Positions 16,138 to 23,971 of a stretch of 48,292 nt of DNA are shown piece after piece. The first letter of the stretch is position 1. Each line of letters starts with the position of its first letter. The position numbers and the translations under genes are program-made. The DNA lies in NCBI GenBank assembly GCA_040753015.1, contig JBFMHM010000008.1, positions 11,154 through 59,445 on the forward strand. The letters run 5' to 3'. The DNA comes from Candidatus Omnitrophota bacterium. GTDB taxonomy: Bacteria; Omnitrophota; Gorgyraeia; Gygaellales; JBFMHM01. The notes under the pieces are model-generated. The model did not search any database. It was not told the DNA's origin and worked only from the letters and a program-made list of their open reading frames with translations.

Positions 16138-17470
16138 TATTGATTCTCAAAATTTAAAAGTTGATGTCCATTATTTAACGCGTGTTGAGGGGCATGGTAA
16201 CATAGTGGTTGATGTAAAAGAAAGTAAGCTTACAAAATGCGAATTTCAAGTGATTGAATCACCGCGGTTTTTTGAATCTATGCTTGTAGGTAGATCAATT
16301 TGGGAAGCGCAACATATAACTTCAAGGATCTGCGGTATTTGTGCTTGTGGCCATAGTTTGGCAAGTGTTAAGGCCGGTGAAGATACTTTAGGTATAAAAC
16401 CAAGCGAAGAGACGGTTATGCTAAGAAAATTACTTTTATACGCTGAGCAATTAGACAGCCATATTTTACATATTTATGTGCTTGTAGCGCCGGATCTTTT
16501 AGGCGTAAAGAGTATTATGCCGCTAATAAAAACTCATAAACCGGTGATTGAAATGGCGCTTCGCATGAAAAGAATGAGTGATTATGCGGGCGAAGTATTA
16601 GCTGGTAGGCATATTCATCCTATAAGTTATGTAATTGGTGGGCTTACACAGCTCCCTAAAAAAGAGAATTTAGAGAAGCTTTATAAAATGATGCTTGATA
16701 GCCGGAAAGATGGAGAAGAGACTGTAAAAATTATTAAAACCCTTAAATTTCCTCAATTCGACAGGCCTACGCAATACTTATCTCTTAAATCCGAAGAAGA
16801 GTATGCTTTTTATGACGGTGATTTAGTCGTTAATGGCAGTCAATTGACAAAAATTCGGGATTACCGTAAGCTTCTTTCAGAAACTGTGGTTGATTATTCA
16901 AAGGCTAAGATAGCTAGAATAAATGGTAAAACTTATGCAGTCGGCGCCTTAGCCAGATTCAATAATAATTTTGATAAATTACACAAAAAGGCAAAAGATG
17001 TTGCTAAAGAGTTAGGATTAAAAGCGCCAGTACATAATCCTTATTTAAATACAGCAGCTCAACTTGTTGAATGGGTTCATTGTTTAGAAGAATCAATTAC
17101 GATTATGGAGAAAATTTTAAAAGATGGCCTTGATGAGAAAAAAATAGTTGTTAGTTCTTGGCCAAAAAGAAGTGAGATAGGGAAAGTAAAATATAAACCT
17201 AATACGGGTATTTCATGTGTTGAGGTACCTAGGGGAAGTTTATTTCATGAGTATACAATTAATGATACCGCGCATATAACAGCTGCTAATTGCGTAATTC
17301 CCACAAACCAGAATATGGGTAATTTGGAAGATGATATGCGCAAGATCGTGCCAGAACTTCTTGGTAAAAAGACGCAAGAAGAGATAACTTTTGATTTGGA
17401 AATGCTCGCCAGAAGTTATGATCCTTGTATTTCCTGCGCAACGCACTTGTTAGATATAAAATTTGAATAA
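16118..17470 (+). CDS. [NiFe]-hydrogenase large (alpha) subunit
   Basis: N-terminal RICGICACGHS (RxCGxCxxxH) and C-terminal DPCISCATH (DPCxxCxxH) Ni-Fe ligands, followed by a 7-aa tail. GGGAGAG lies upstream of the ATG at 16118. Confidence 0.9.
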   Translation: MTKHSNNIDSQNLKVDVHYLTRVEGHGNIVVDVKESKLTKCEFQVIESPRFFESMLVGRSIWEAQHITSRICGICACGHSLASVKAGEDTLGIKPSEETVMLRKLLLYAEQLDSHILHIYVLVAPDLLGVKSIMPLIKTHKPVIEMALRMKRMSDYAGEVLAGRHIHPISYVIGGLTQLPKKENLEKLYKMMLDSRKDGEETVKIIKTLKFPQFDRPTQYLSLKSEEEYAFYDGDLVVNGSQLTKIRDYRKLLSETVVDYSKAKIARINGKTYAVGALARFNNNFDKLHKKAKDVAKELGLKAPVHNPYLNTAAQLVEWVHCLEESITIMEKILKDGLDEKKIVVSSWPKRSEIGKVKYKPNTGISCVEVPRGSLFHEYTINDTAHITAANCVIPTNQNMGNLEDDMRKIVPELLGKKTQEEITFDLEMLARSYDPCISCATHLLDIKFE

Positions 17471-17948
17471 GTTTGCTGTAATTGGTTTAGGTAATACTTT
17501 AAGGCGAGATGATGGCGTCGGTATAATTGTCTTGGAGTCACTCCTTAAGCATCACAAGCAGTCAAATTTAGATTATTTAAATTACGGTGTTACAAGTTTT
17601 GATCTTATTAATCGTGTTGGGCAGTATGATTTAGTTTTTCTTCTCGATGGAATAAACGCCGGTTTAACGGCAGGTTCATTAAAGATATTCGAATTAAAAG
17701 ATATAAAATATAATTCTAATAATACTTCTGCTTCTACTCACGAATTAGATTTAACGACCTTATTTGAGCTTTATAAGAAATTTGAACTTTCAACAAAAAT
17801 ATATGTTTTGGGAATTCAAGTAAGCGATATATCCTTCGAAGAAGGCCTCAGCGATAAATTAAAAACTCAATTGGAGCAAAATATAAAAGAAATAAATTCT
17901 TTTATCTGCGATAAAATAAAATGTGTTACGCAATCCCAGGAAAAATAG
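17463..17948 (+). CDS. Hydrogenase maturation endopeptidase (HycI/HoxW/HyaD family)
   Basis: VIGLGNTLRRDDGVG N-terminal motif, the later metal-binding D and H (LLDGIN, STHELD), about 160 aa. The TTG start overlaps the large-subunit stop. Confidence 0.8.
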   Translation: MNKFAVIGLGNTLRRDDGVGIIVLESLLKHHKQSNLDYLNYGVTSFDLINRVGQYDLVFLLDGINAGLTAGSLKIFELKDIKYNSNNTSASTHELDLTTLFELYKKFELSTKIYVLGIQVSDISFEEGLSDKLKTQLEQNIKEINSFICDKIKCVTQSQEK

Positions 17949-19222
17949 AGAAAATAGAAAATAATTTAGTTACTGTTGATTATTTTGGCGAAAAAAGGAA
18001 CGCCTATAATGAGCTAGAAAACTTATTCTTGGGAGATTATATTTATGCGCAAGGAGGTTATGTTATTAATAAAATATCTAATCTAGAGGCAGAGAGTATT
18101 TTAGCTACGTGGAAAGAAGAATTTTTTGAGCTCCAAAAGGTAGATTTAAGATTATCACGTATAGACCTCGAGAAAAAAGGTATAGATAAAAAAGTAAGTG
18201 AAATATTAGACAGGATTCTTGAGAATAAAATGGTTAAACCGGATGAGTTAGGTTATTTATTGGCTATAAAAAATGATTCGGATAAACAGCTATTATTTAA
18301 AACCGCTAATTTTTCACGCAGCAAGAATTTTGGCAATTCTTGTTGTGTGCATGGGATCATCGAAATATCAAATCATTGTAAGAGAAATTGTTATTATTGC
18401 GGGATATCCAATCATAACAGGAAGATTATCCGTTATAGGATGGATAAAGAAGAAATATTAGAGGCCGTCAGGGAGGCGGTTGAGGTATACGGTTTTAAGG
18501 CGCTTGTTTTACAGAGCGCAGAAGACCTAGCTTATAAAATTGAGGAGTTGGCAGACATTATTAAGGAGATTAAAAAAAGGTATCCCGTTTTAATTTTTAT
18601 TAGTTTTGGAGAAATTGGAATCGAGGGGCTTAGAAAATTATATGAAGCTGGAGCAAGGGGTCTGCTATTGCGGTTTGAAACTTCAAACCAAAAAATTTAT
18701 GAAAAACTGCACCCGGGGTATTGTCTTGATACAAGGTTGGAGCATCTTAAGAAGGCTTTTGAAATTGGATATCTATTGATTACAGGTAGTTTAATAGGTT
18801 TGCCCGGTCAGACTAGGGAAGATTTAGTTAACGATATACTACTTGCAAAAGAATTAAATGCTGAAATGTTTAGTTTTGGCCCATTCTTACCTAGTCCAAA
18901 CACACCGCTTGAGAATTTAACCGCTCCATTACCAGAAGATATATTTAAAATTCTTTCCATTGCGCGTTTAGTTGATCAGAAAAAAGCAAAAATTCTAATC
19001 ACAACCGCGTTCGAAACACTGGATATAAGCGCAAGAAAGAAAGGCCTGCTTTCTGGGGCAAATTCAGTTATGTTAAATGTTACGCCTCTAAAATATAGAC
19101 AGTTATATTCTATTTATCCAAAAAGAGCCCATGAAAACGAAGAAATAGATAAACAAATAAATGAAACAATTTATTTATTAAGAGATTTAGGGCGCTCCCC
19201 TACAGATTTAAGCATGGGATAA
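17921..19222 (+). CDS. Fusion protein: N-terminal HypC/HupF-like chaperone domain plus a full-length HydE-like radical SAM enzyme
   Basis: Residues 1-75, MCYAIPGKIEKIENNLVTVDYFGEKRNAYN...GDYIYAQGGYVINKISNLEAESIL, match the HypC signature (MC-x-x-x-PG, GD-x-hydrophobic...EA). The rest matches HydE: IIEISNHCKRNCYYCGISNHNRKIIRYRM, VLQSAEDLAY, GANSVMLNVTPLKYRQLYSIYP. No stop codon lies between the two parts. Confidence 0.75.
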   Translation: MCYAIPGKIEKIENNLVTVDYFGEKRNAYNELENLFLGDYIYAQGGYVINKISNLEAESILATWKEEFFELQKVDLRLSRIDLEKKGIDKKVSEILDRILENKMVKPDELGYLLAIKNDSDKQLLFKTANFSRSKNFGNSCCVHGIIEISNHCKRNCYYCGISNHNRKIIRYRMDKEEILEAVREAVEVYGFKALVLQSAEDLAYKIEELADIIKEIKKRYPVLIFISFGEIGIEGLRKLYEAGARGLLLRFETSNQKIYEKLHPGYCLDTRLEHLKKAFEIGYLLITGSLIGLPGQTREDLVNDILLAKELNAEMFSFGPFLPSPNTPLENLTAPLPEDIFKILSIARLVDQKKAKILITTAFETLDISARKKGLLSGANSVMLNVTPLKYRQLYSIYPKRAHENEEIDKQINETIYLLRDLGRSPTDLSMG

Positions 19223-19237
19223 TTTTTTTATATTTTT

Positions 19238-19255
19238 TAGTGAAAAAAATCACAA
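19238..19255. promoter_or_regulatory. Candidate Rex operator (TAGTGAA-n4-ATCACAA)
   Basis: tagtgaaaaaaatcacaa matches the Rex consensus TTGTGAA-n4-TTCACAA at 12 of 14 specified positions. It lies just upstream of the -35 box of the rex promoter. A further TTGTGAA half-site is at 19311-19317. Confidence 0.55.
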
Positions 19256-19261
19256 AAATAC

Positions 19262-19289
19262 TTGACTAGTAAGCTAGATATGTTATACT
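19262..19289 (+). promoter_or_regulatory. Sigma70-type promoter (TTGACT-16 nt-TATACT) of the rex/hyd gene string
   Basis: TTGACT at 19262-19267 and TATACT at 19284-19289. AGGAG lies before the ATG at 19322. Confidence 0.55.
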
Positions 19290-19321
19290 TTTATTGGATA
19301 TTGTGAAAAAAGGAGCAAAAT

Positions 19322-19951
19322 ATGATGGTAAATCGAAATTGTATTATACGCCTTTCTCGTTATAAAAACGCTCTTTTTCGACTTAAGGCTTTGGGTTTTA
19401 TGAAAGTATTTTCTGATAATCTAGCTGATGCGGTAGGTGTTACAGCTGCACAAGTTCGAAAGGATTTTTCTTTGTTTGGCGTGACAGGTAATAAAAAAGG
19501 CGGTTATTTAGTAGATTCTTTGATTGAAAGATTAAATATTATACTTGGGAAAGATAGCGTGAATAATGTAATTATTATAGGGGCGGGGAATATTGGCACT
19601 GCTCTTATGAAATATAAAGGGTTTGAAAAAGAAGGAATTAAAATTATAGCTTGTTTTGATATTGATCCAATAAAGTTTAGTAAAAAAGCCGATATTCCCG
19701 TATTGCCTTTAGAAAACATAAAAGATTTTATCAAGAATAATGAAGTGAAGATCGGTATTATTGCTGTGCCGGATATCGCAGCGCAAAATGTCTTAGACAT
19801 TTTAGCCGTATCTGGAGTTAAGGGAGTGTTAAATTTTGCCCCTATAAGATTGAAAGGACCAGACGATTGTATTATCAATAATGTTAATTTAGAGCATGAG
19901 CTTGAAAATGTGATTTATTTTGTGAATACACAGGAAAAAACTAAACAATGA
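19322..19951 (+). CDS. rex: Redox-sensing transcriptional repressor Rex
   Basis: N-terminal wHTH (RLSRYKNALFRLKALG...VGVTAAQVRKDFSLFG) and Rossmann motif IIIGAGNIGTAL. About 210 aa. Confidence 0.85.
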   Translation: MMVNRNCIIRLSRYKNALFRLKALGFMKVFSDNLADAVGVTAAQVRKDFSLFGVTGNKKGGYLVDSLIERLNIILGKDSVNNVIIIGAGNIGTALMKYKGFEKEGIKIIACFDIDPIKFSKKADIPVLPLENIKDFIKNNEVKIGIIAVPDIAAQNVLDILAVSGVKGVLNFAPIRLKGPDDCIINNVNLEHELENVIYFVNTQEKTKQ

Positions 19952-21768
19952 AAATGGTTTCTTTAAGAACAAGGATTATTTTATCTTTTAGTTTAGTAAT
20001 ACTAGCGTTGGGTTTATTTATTGCGTTGCATAGAATTTATGTTATAAAAAATAACATTTTTAATCGTGCGCAAAAAGAAGTCATAAATGATTTAAAAATT
20101 GCCCGTTTTATCTATCAGGGTGAAATAGAACTTATAGAGAAAGTTTTTAGTGTTATTGATTCAAAGATTGAATTTAATAAATTAAAAGAAAATTTGAACC
20201 TTGATTATATATATTTTACTACTAGTCAAGATAATATAGAAAGTGAGATAGTAAAAAAAGTTTTTATTACTAAACGTGGCGCAGGGGCAACAAGAATAAT
20301 CAAGGCAGAAGAACTAAAAAAGATGAACCCTTTGCTTTATAAAAAAAATAAAATCCAAGTTCGTAATACTAATAAAGCAAGGCCGACTTCAAAGAAGAAT
20401 ATTGACTCAGTCCTTGCTATTGAATATGCAATGCCTTTATCGAACGGCGTTTTATATGGTGGAAAGATTATAAATAATGATTTTAGTTTGGTTGATAAAA
20501 TTCATAATTTTATTTTTGAAAATAAGCTTTATGATGCAAAGCCGATAGGAACTGTTACGGTTTTTCAAGATGATGTAAGAGTGTCAACTAATGTTTTAGA
20601 TAATAGTGCTAAGCGCGCCGTAGGAACAAGAGTTTCAGACACAGTTTATAAAAAAGTAGTGGAAGAGGGCAAGGTATGGACAGATCGCGCATTTGTTGTT
20701 ACTGATTGGTACTTAAGTGCGTATGAACCAATAAGAGATATTAATGGAAAGATAATTGGTATTCTCTATGTTGGGCTTTTAGAGAAACCGTTTGTTGATC
20801 TGGAGCGCAGCGTTCTTTTTACTCTATTCATGATTGTTGGGCTGGCAATTTTTTTAGCAGTAATACTTTCTGTTGTTTTATCTAGGTCGATAGTAAAACC
20901 CGTTGTTGACATGCTAAAGGCAACAAGAATTCTTTCAGGGGGTAATTTAGATTATAAGATTATAACAGAAACATCTATTAGAGAGTTGAATGAATTAGCT
21001 TATTCTTTTAATGACATGGCAGAGAAGCTTAGCGAGAGAGAAAAAAGTTTAGAAATTTCAAATAAAAAATTAGCTGAATTAAATAAATCCTATCTTGATT
21101 TAATTAGTTTTGTTGCGCATGAATTAAAAGGAATTCTTTCTGCAGCTATTTTGAATGCTTATTCTTTAAGAGATGGATTTCTTGGCTTGATCAATTTTAA
21201 GCAAAGGAAAGCAATGGATTCAGTAACGCGCAATCTTGATTATCTCGACACTACTGTTAAACATTTTCTTAATTTAAGCAGAATAGAAAAGGGAGAGCTT
21301 GAAATAAGAAAAACGAATTGTTTAATTAAAGAAGATATCTTTGATCCTTCAGTGGAAGCATTCTTAAAATTAGCCACCGAAAAAAATATACAAATTATTA
21401 ATAATATTTGGCCAAATCTAAAAATTAAAGCTGATATTAATCTTTTGTTGATTGTAGCAAATAATTTAATTAGTAATGCTTTAAAATATGGTAAAAGAGA
21501 TGGCCAAGTTGTTTTGAACTCAAGGGTATTGGATAAAAACTTGGAAATCGAGGTATATAATGATGGTAGTCCTATAAACCAAGAAGATAAGCAAAAGATC
21601 TTTAAACGTTTTTCCCGCCTTAATTTGACAGAAGCTAAGAATGAGCGGGGCACAGGTTTAGGTTTATTTATAGTAAAAGAAATAATTCAAAAACATTTTG
21701 GGAATATCGAATTGATAGTTAGGCAATTTGGTAATTCTTTTATTTTTTTATTACCACTGGAGGAGTGA
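19948..21768 (+). CDS. Sensor histidine kinase (periplasmic Cache-like sensor, HAMP, HisKA, HATPase_c)
   Basis: Two TM segments flank a ~270-aa extracytoplasmic domain (FQDDVRVSTNV...WYLSAYEPIRDINGKIIGILYVG). HAMP follows, then H-box SFVAHELKGIL, N-box NLISNALKYG and G-box GTGLGLFIVKEI. Confidence 0.85.
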   Translation: MKMVSLRTRIILSFSLVILALGLFIALHRIYVIKNNIFNRAQKEVINDLKIARFIYQGEIELIEKVFSVIDSKIEFNKLKENLNLDYIYFTTSQDNIESEIVKKVFITKRGAGATRIIKAEELKKMNPLLYKKNKIQVRNTNKARPTSKKNIDSVLAIEYAMPLSNGVLYGGKIINNDFSLVDKIHNFIFENKLYDAKPIGTVTVFQDDVRVSTNVLDNSAKRAVGTRVSDTVYKKVVEEGKVWTDRAFVVTDWYLSAYEPIRDINGKIIGILYVGLLEKPFVDLERSVLFTLFMIVGLAIFLAVILSVVLSRSIVKPVVDMLKATRILSGGNLDYKIITETSIRELNELAYSFNDMAEKLSEREKSLEISNKKLAELNKSYLDLISFVAHELKGILSAAILNAYSLRDGFLGLINFKQRKAMDSVTRNLDYLDTTVKHFLNLSRIEKGELEIRKTNCLIKEDIFDPSVEAFLKLATEKNIQIINNIWPNLKIKADINLLLIVANNLISNALKYGKRDGQVVLNSRVLDKNLEIEVYNDGSPINQEDKQKIFKRFSRLNLTEAKNERGTGLGLFIVKEIIQKHFGNIELIVRQFGNSFIFLLPLEE

Positions 21769-21769
21769 A

Positions 21770-22126
21770 ATGGCAAACCCTTTAGAAATTATTAAAAAAA
21801 AGAGAGCAGAGGCAATTAATAGTATTATGAGTAAAGGCTATCTTTCTAAAAAAAGAGTTTATGTCGGTATGGCAACTTGTGAAATTGCAGCGGGTTCTAA
21901 AGATGTAATGGATGTGTTTAAGTCGGCAATCGCAAATGGCTTGACTGATGTTTATCTAAGCCAGAAAGGATGTGCTGGTAGGTGTAATTTAGAGCCAACA
22001 GTAGAGGTGATTGAAGAAGGTAAAATTCCTGTTAAGTATTGTAAGGTTAATAAAGATATGGCAAAAGATATAATCGAATACCATATTAAAAAAGGTGAAG
22101 TTATAAAAGATTGGATAATTAAGTAA
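21770..22126 (+). CDS. Thioredoxin-like [2Fe-2S] ferredoxin-fold protein (HndB/NuoE-related small hydrogenase subunit), only three of four canonical Cys in register
   Basis: VYVGMATCEIAAGS...QKGCAGRCNLEPTVEV. The usual C-x4-C first pair is C-x4-A here. The ATG at 21770 lies 1 nt after the kinase stop. Confidence 0.55.
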   Translation: MANPLEIIKKKRAEAINSIMSKGYLSKKRVYVGMATCEIAAGSKDVMDVFKSAIANGLTDVYLSQKGCAGRCNLEPTVEVIEEGKIPVKYCKVNKDMAKDIIEYHIKKGEVIKDWIIK

Positions 22127-22153
22127 GTAGTATATTATTAAGAGGTATAAATT

Positions 22154-23971
22154 ATGATTAGATATGTTATTACATTATGCGATGGGCCTAGCTGTATGCA
22201 AAAAAAATCAAAAGAACTTCAAGAAATTATAGAAAAGCAGCTTGATAATTTGGGTGTTAGGCAAAAGGTGCAAATTAATTTATCCGGTTGCCTGGGTATG
22301 TGCGCTAAAGGCCCGGTTATGGTTATCAATCCCGGATATACTATATATGGGAATATCTCTGAGAAAGATGTGCCAGAAATTATAGAAAGCCATATTGTTA
22401 AGAAAAAACCTTTAGCAAAATTTATCGTAGATCAGGATCATTTATTTAATCGTTTTTATAGGGTATTTGGTGACGTAAATTTCTTTGGTAAGCAGATGAG
22501 AATCGTTCTTCGTAATTGCGGTATTATCGATCCAGAAAATATAAATGATTATTTATCAGTAAGGGGCTATGAGGCATTGGCAAAGGTTCTAACTGATATG
22601 AGCCCTAAAGATATTATTGCTGAAATTAAAAAATCAGGTTTAAGAGGGCGAGGCGGCGCAGGATTTCCTACCGGTTTTAAATGGGAGCTTGCCGCTAGTG
22701 AGGAGTCTTTAGAAAAATATATCATTTGTAACGCTGATGAAGGGGATCCAGGCGCATTTATGGACAGGAGTACAATAGAAGGAGATCCTCATACAGTAAT
22801 TGAGGGTATGATAATAGGCGCTTATGCTGTGGGTGCGAAAAAAGGCATTATTTATATTCGGGCAGAATATCCGCTTGCAATTAAAAGATTAGAAAAAGCA
22901 ATTAATGATGCTAGGCAGCATAAATTTCTAGGTGACGATATTTTAGGGACAAAATTTTGTTTTGATATTGAAATAAGACTAGGGGCAGGGGCTTTTGTTT
23001 GCGGAGAAGAGACAGCTTTAATTCATTCAATCGAAGGTTCTCGCGGTATGCCGCGTCCTCGGCCGCCATTTCCTTCTGTTTCAGGGTTATTTGATAAGCC
23101 AACCGTAATCAATAATGTTGAGACTTTGGCAAATATTCCTGTGATTATTCTTGATGGTGCGAAATGGTTTAGTTCTATTGGTACAGAAAAATCAAAAGGA
23201 ACAAAAGTCTTTGCGTTGGCAGGGAAAATAAATAATACAGGATTAGTAGAGGTGCCAATGGGGACTACTTTAAGACAGATTATTTATGATATCGGAGGAG
23301 GTATTCCTAATAACAAAAAATTTAAAGCAGTCCAGACCGGTGGGCCATCGGGCGGGTGTTTACCAGAAATATATCTTGATACAAAAATTGACTACGAATC
23401 ATTATTAGCCGCAGGTTCAATTATGGGTTCAGGAGGAATGATTGTAATTGATGAAGATTCTTGTATGGTGAATATTGCAAGATTTTTCTTGGAATTTACA
23501 CAAAACGAATCTTGTGGTAAATGCACTCCTTGCCGGGAAGGGACAAAAAGAATGTTTGAGATTTTAACTCGTATTACTCAAGGCAAAGGTAAAGAAGGAG
23601 ATATTGAAAAATTAGAGAGGCTAGGTAATATGATTAAGAAATCGTCTTTATGTGGGTTAGGTCAGTCTGCGCCAAACCCAGTTTTAAGCACGATAAAAAA
23701 TTTTAGAGAAGAATATATCGAGCATATTAATTATAAAAAATGCCGCGCTGGCCAATGTCAGGGTTTATTTAATTTTGAAATTAATGAAAAATGTATCGGC
23801 TGTGGTGTTTGTAAAAAAGTTTGCCCTAACCAGGCAATATTCGCAAGCCCAAAATCTAAGTATCAAATTATTCAAGATAAATGTATTAAGTGCGGGCTTT
23901 GTTTTAAGGTTTGTAAATTTAACGCAATCAATAAGATTTTAAAAGAGGTAAACTTATGGAAAAGAAATTAG
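22154..23971 (+). CDS. hydB: NuoF-like NAD(P)H/FMN-binding subunit (HydB) of a multimeric [FeFe]-hydrogenase
   Basis: N-terminal Trx-like 2Fe-2S (CDGPSC...GCLGMC), GRGGAGFPTGFKW, ESCGKCTPCREG, and two C-terminal ferredoxin motifs, CIGCGVCKKVCP and CIKCGLCFKVC. Confidence 0.9.
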   Translation: MIRYVITLCDGPSCMQKKSKELQEIIEKQLDNLGVRQKVQINLSGCLGMCAKGPVMVINPGYTIYGNISEKDVPEIIESHIVKKKPLAKFIVDQDHLFNRFYRVFGDVNFFGKQMRIVLRNCGIIDPENINDYLSVRGYEALAKVLTDMSPKDIIAEIKKSGLRGRGGAGFPTGFKWELAASEESLEKYIICNADEGDPGAFMDRSTIEGDPHTVIEGMIIGAYAVGAKKGIIYIRAEYPLAIKRLEKAINDARQHKFLGDDILGTKFCFDIEIRLGAGAFVCGEETALIHSIEGSRGMPRPRPPFPSVSGLFDKPTVINNVETLANIPVIILDGAKWFSSIGTEKSKGTKVFALAGKINNTGLVEVPMGTTLRQIIYDIGGGIPNNKKFKAVQTGGPSGGCLPEIYLDTKIDYESLLAAGSIMGSGGMIVIDEDSCMVNIARFFLEFTQNESCGKCTPCREGTKRMFEILTRITQGKGKEGDIEKLERLGNMIKKSSLCGLGQSAPNPVLSTIKNFREEYIEHINYKKCRAGQCQGLFNFEINEKCIGCGVCKKVCPNQAIFASPKSKYQIIQDKCIKCGLCFKVCKFNAINKILKEVNLWKRN

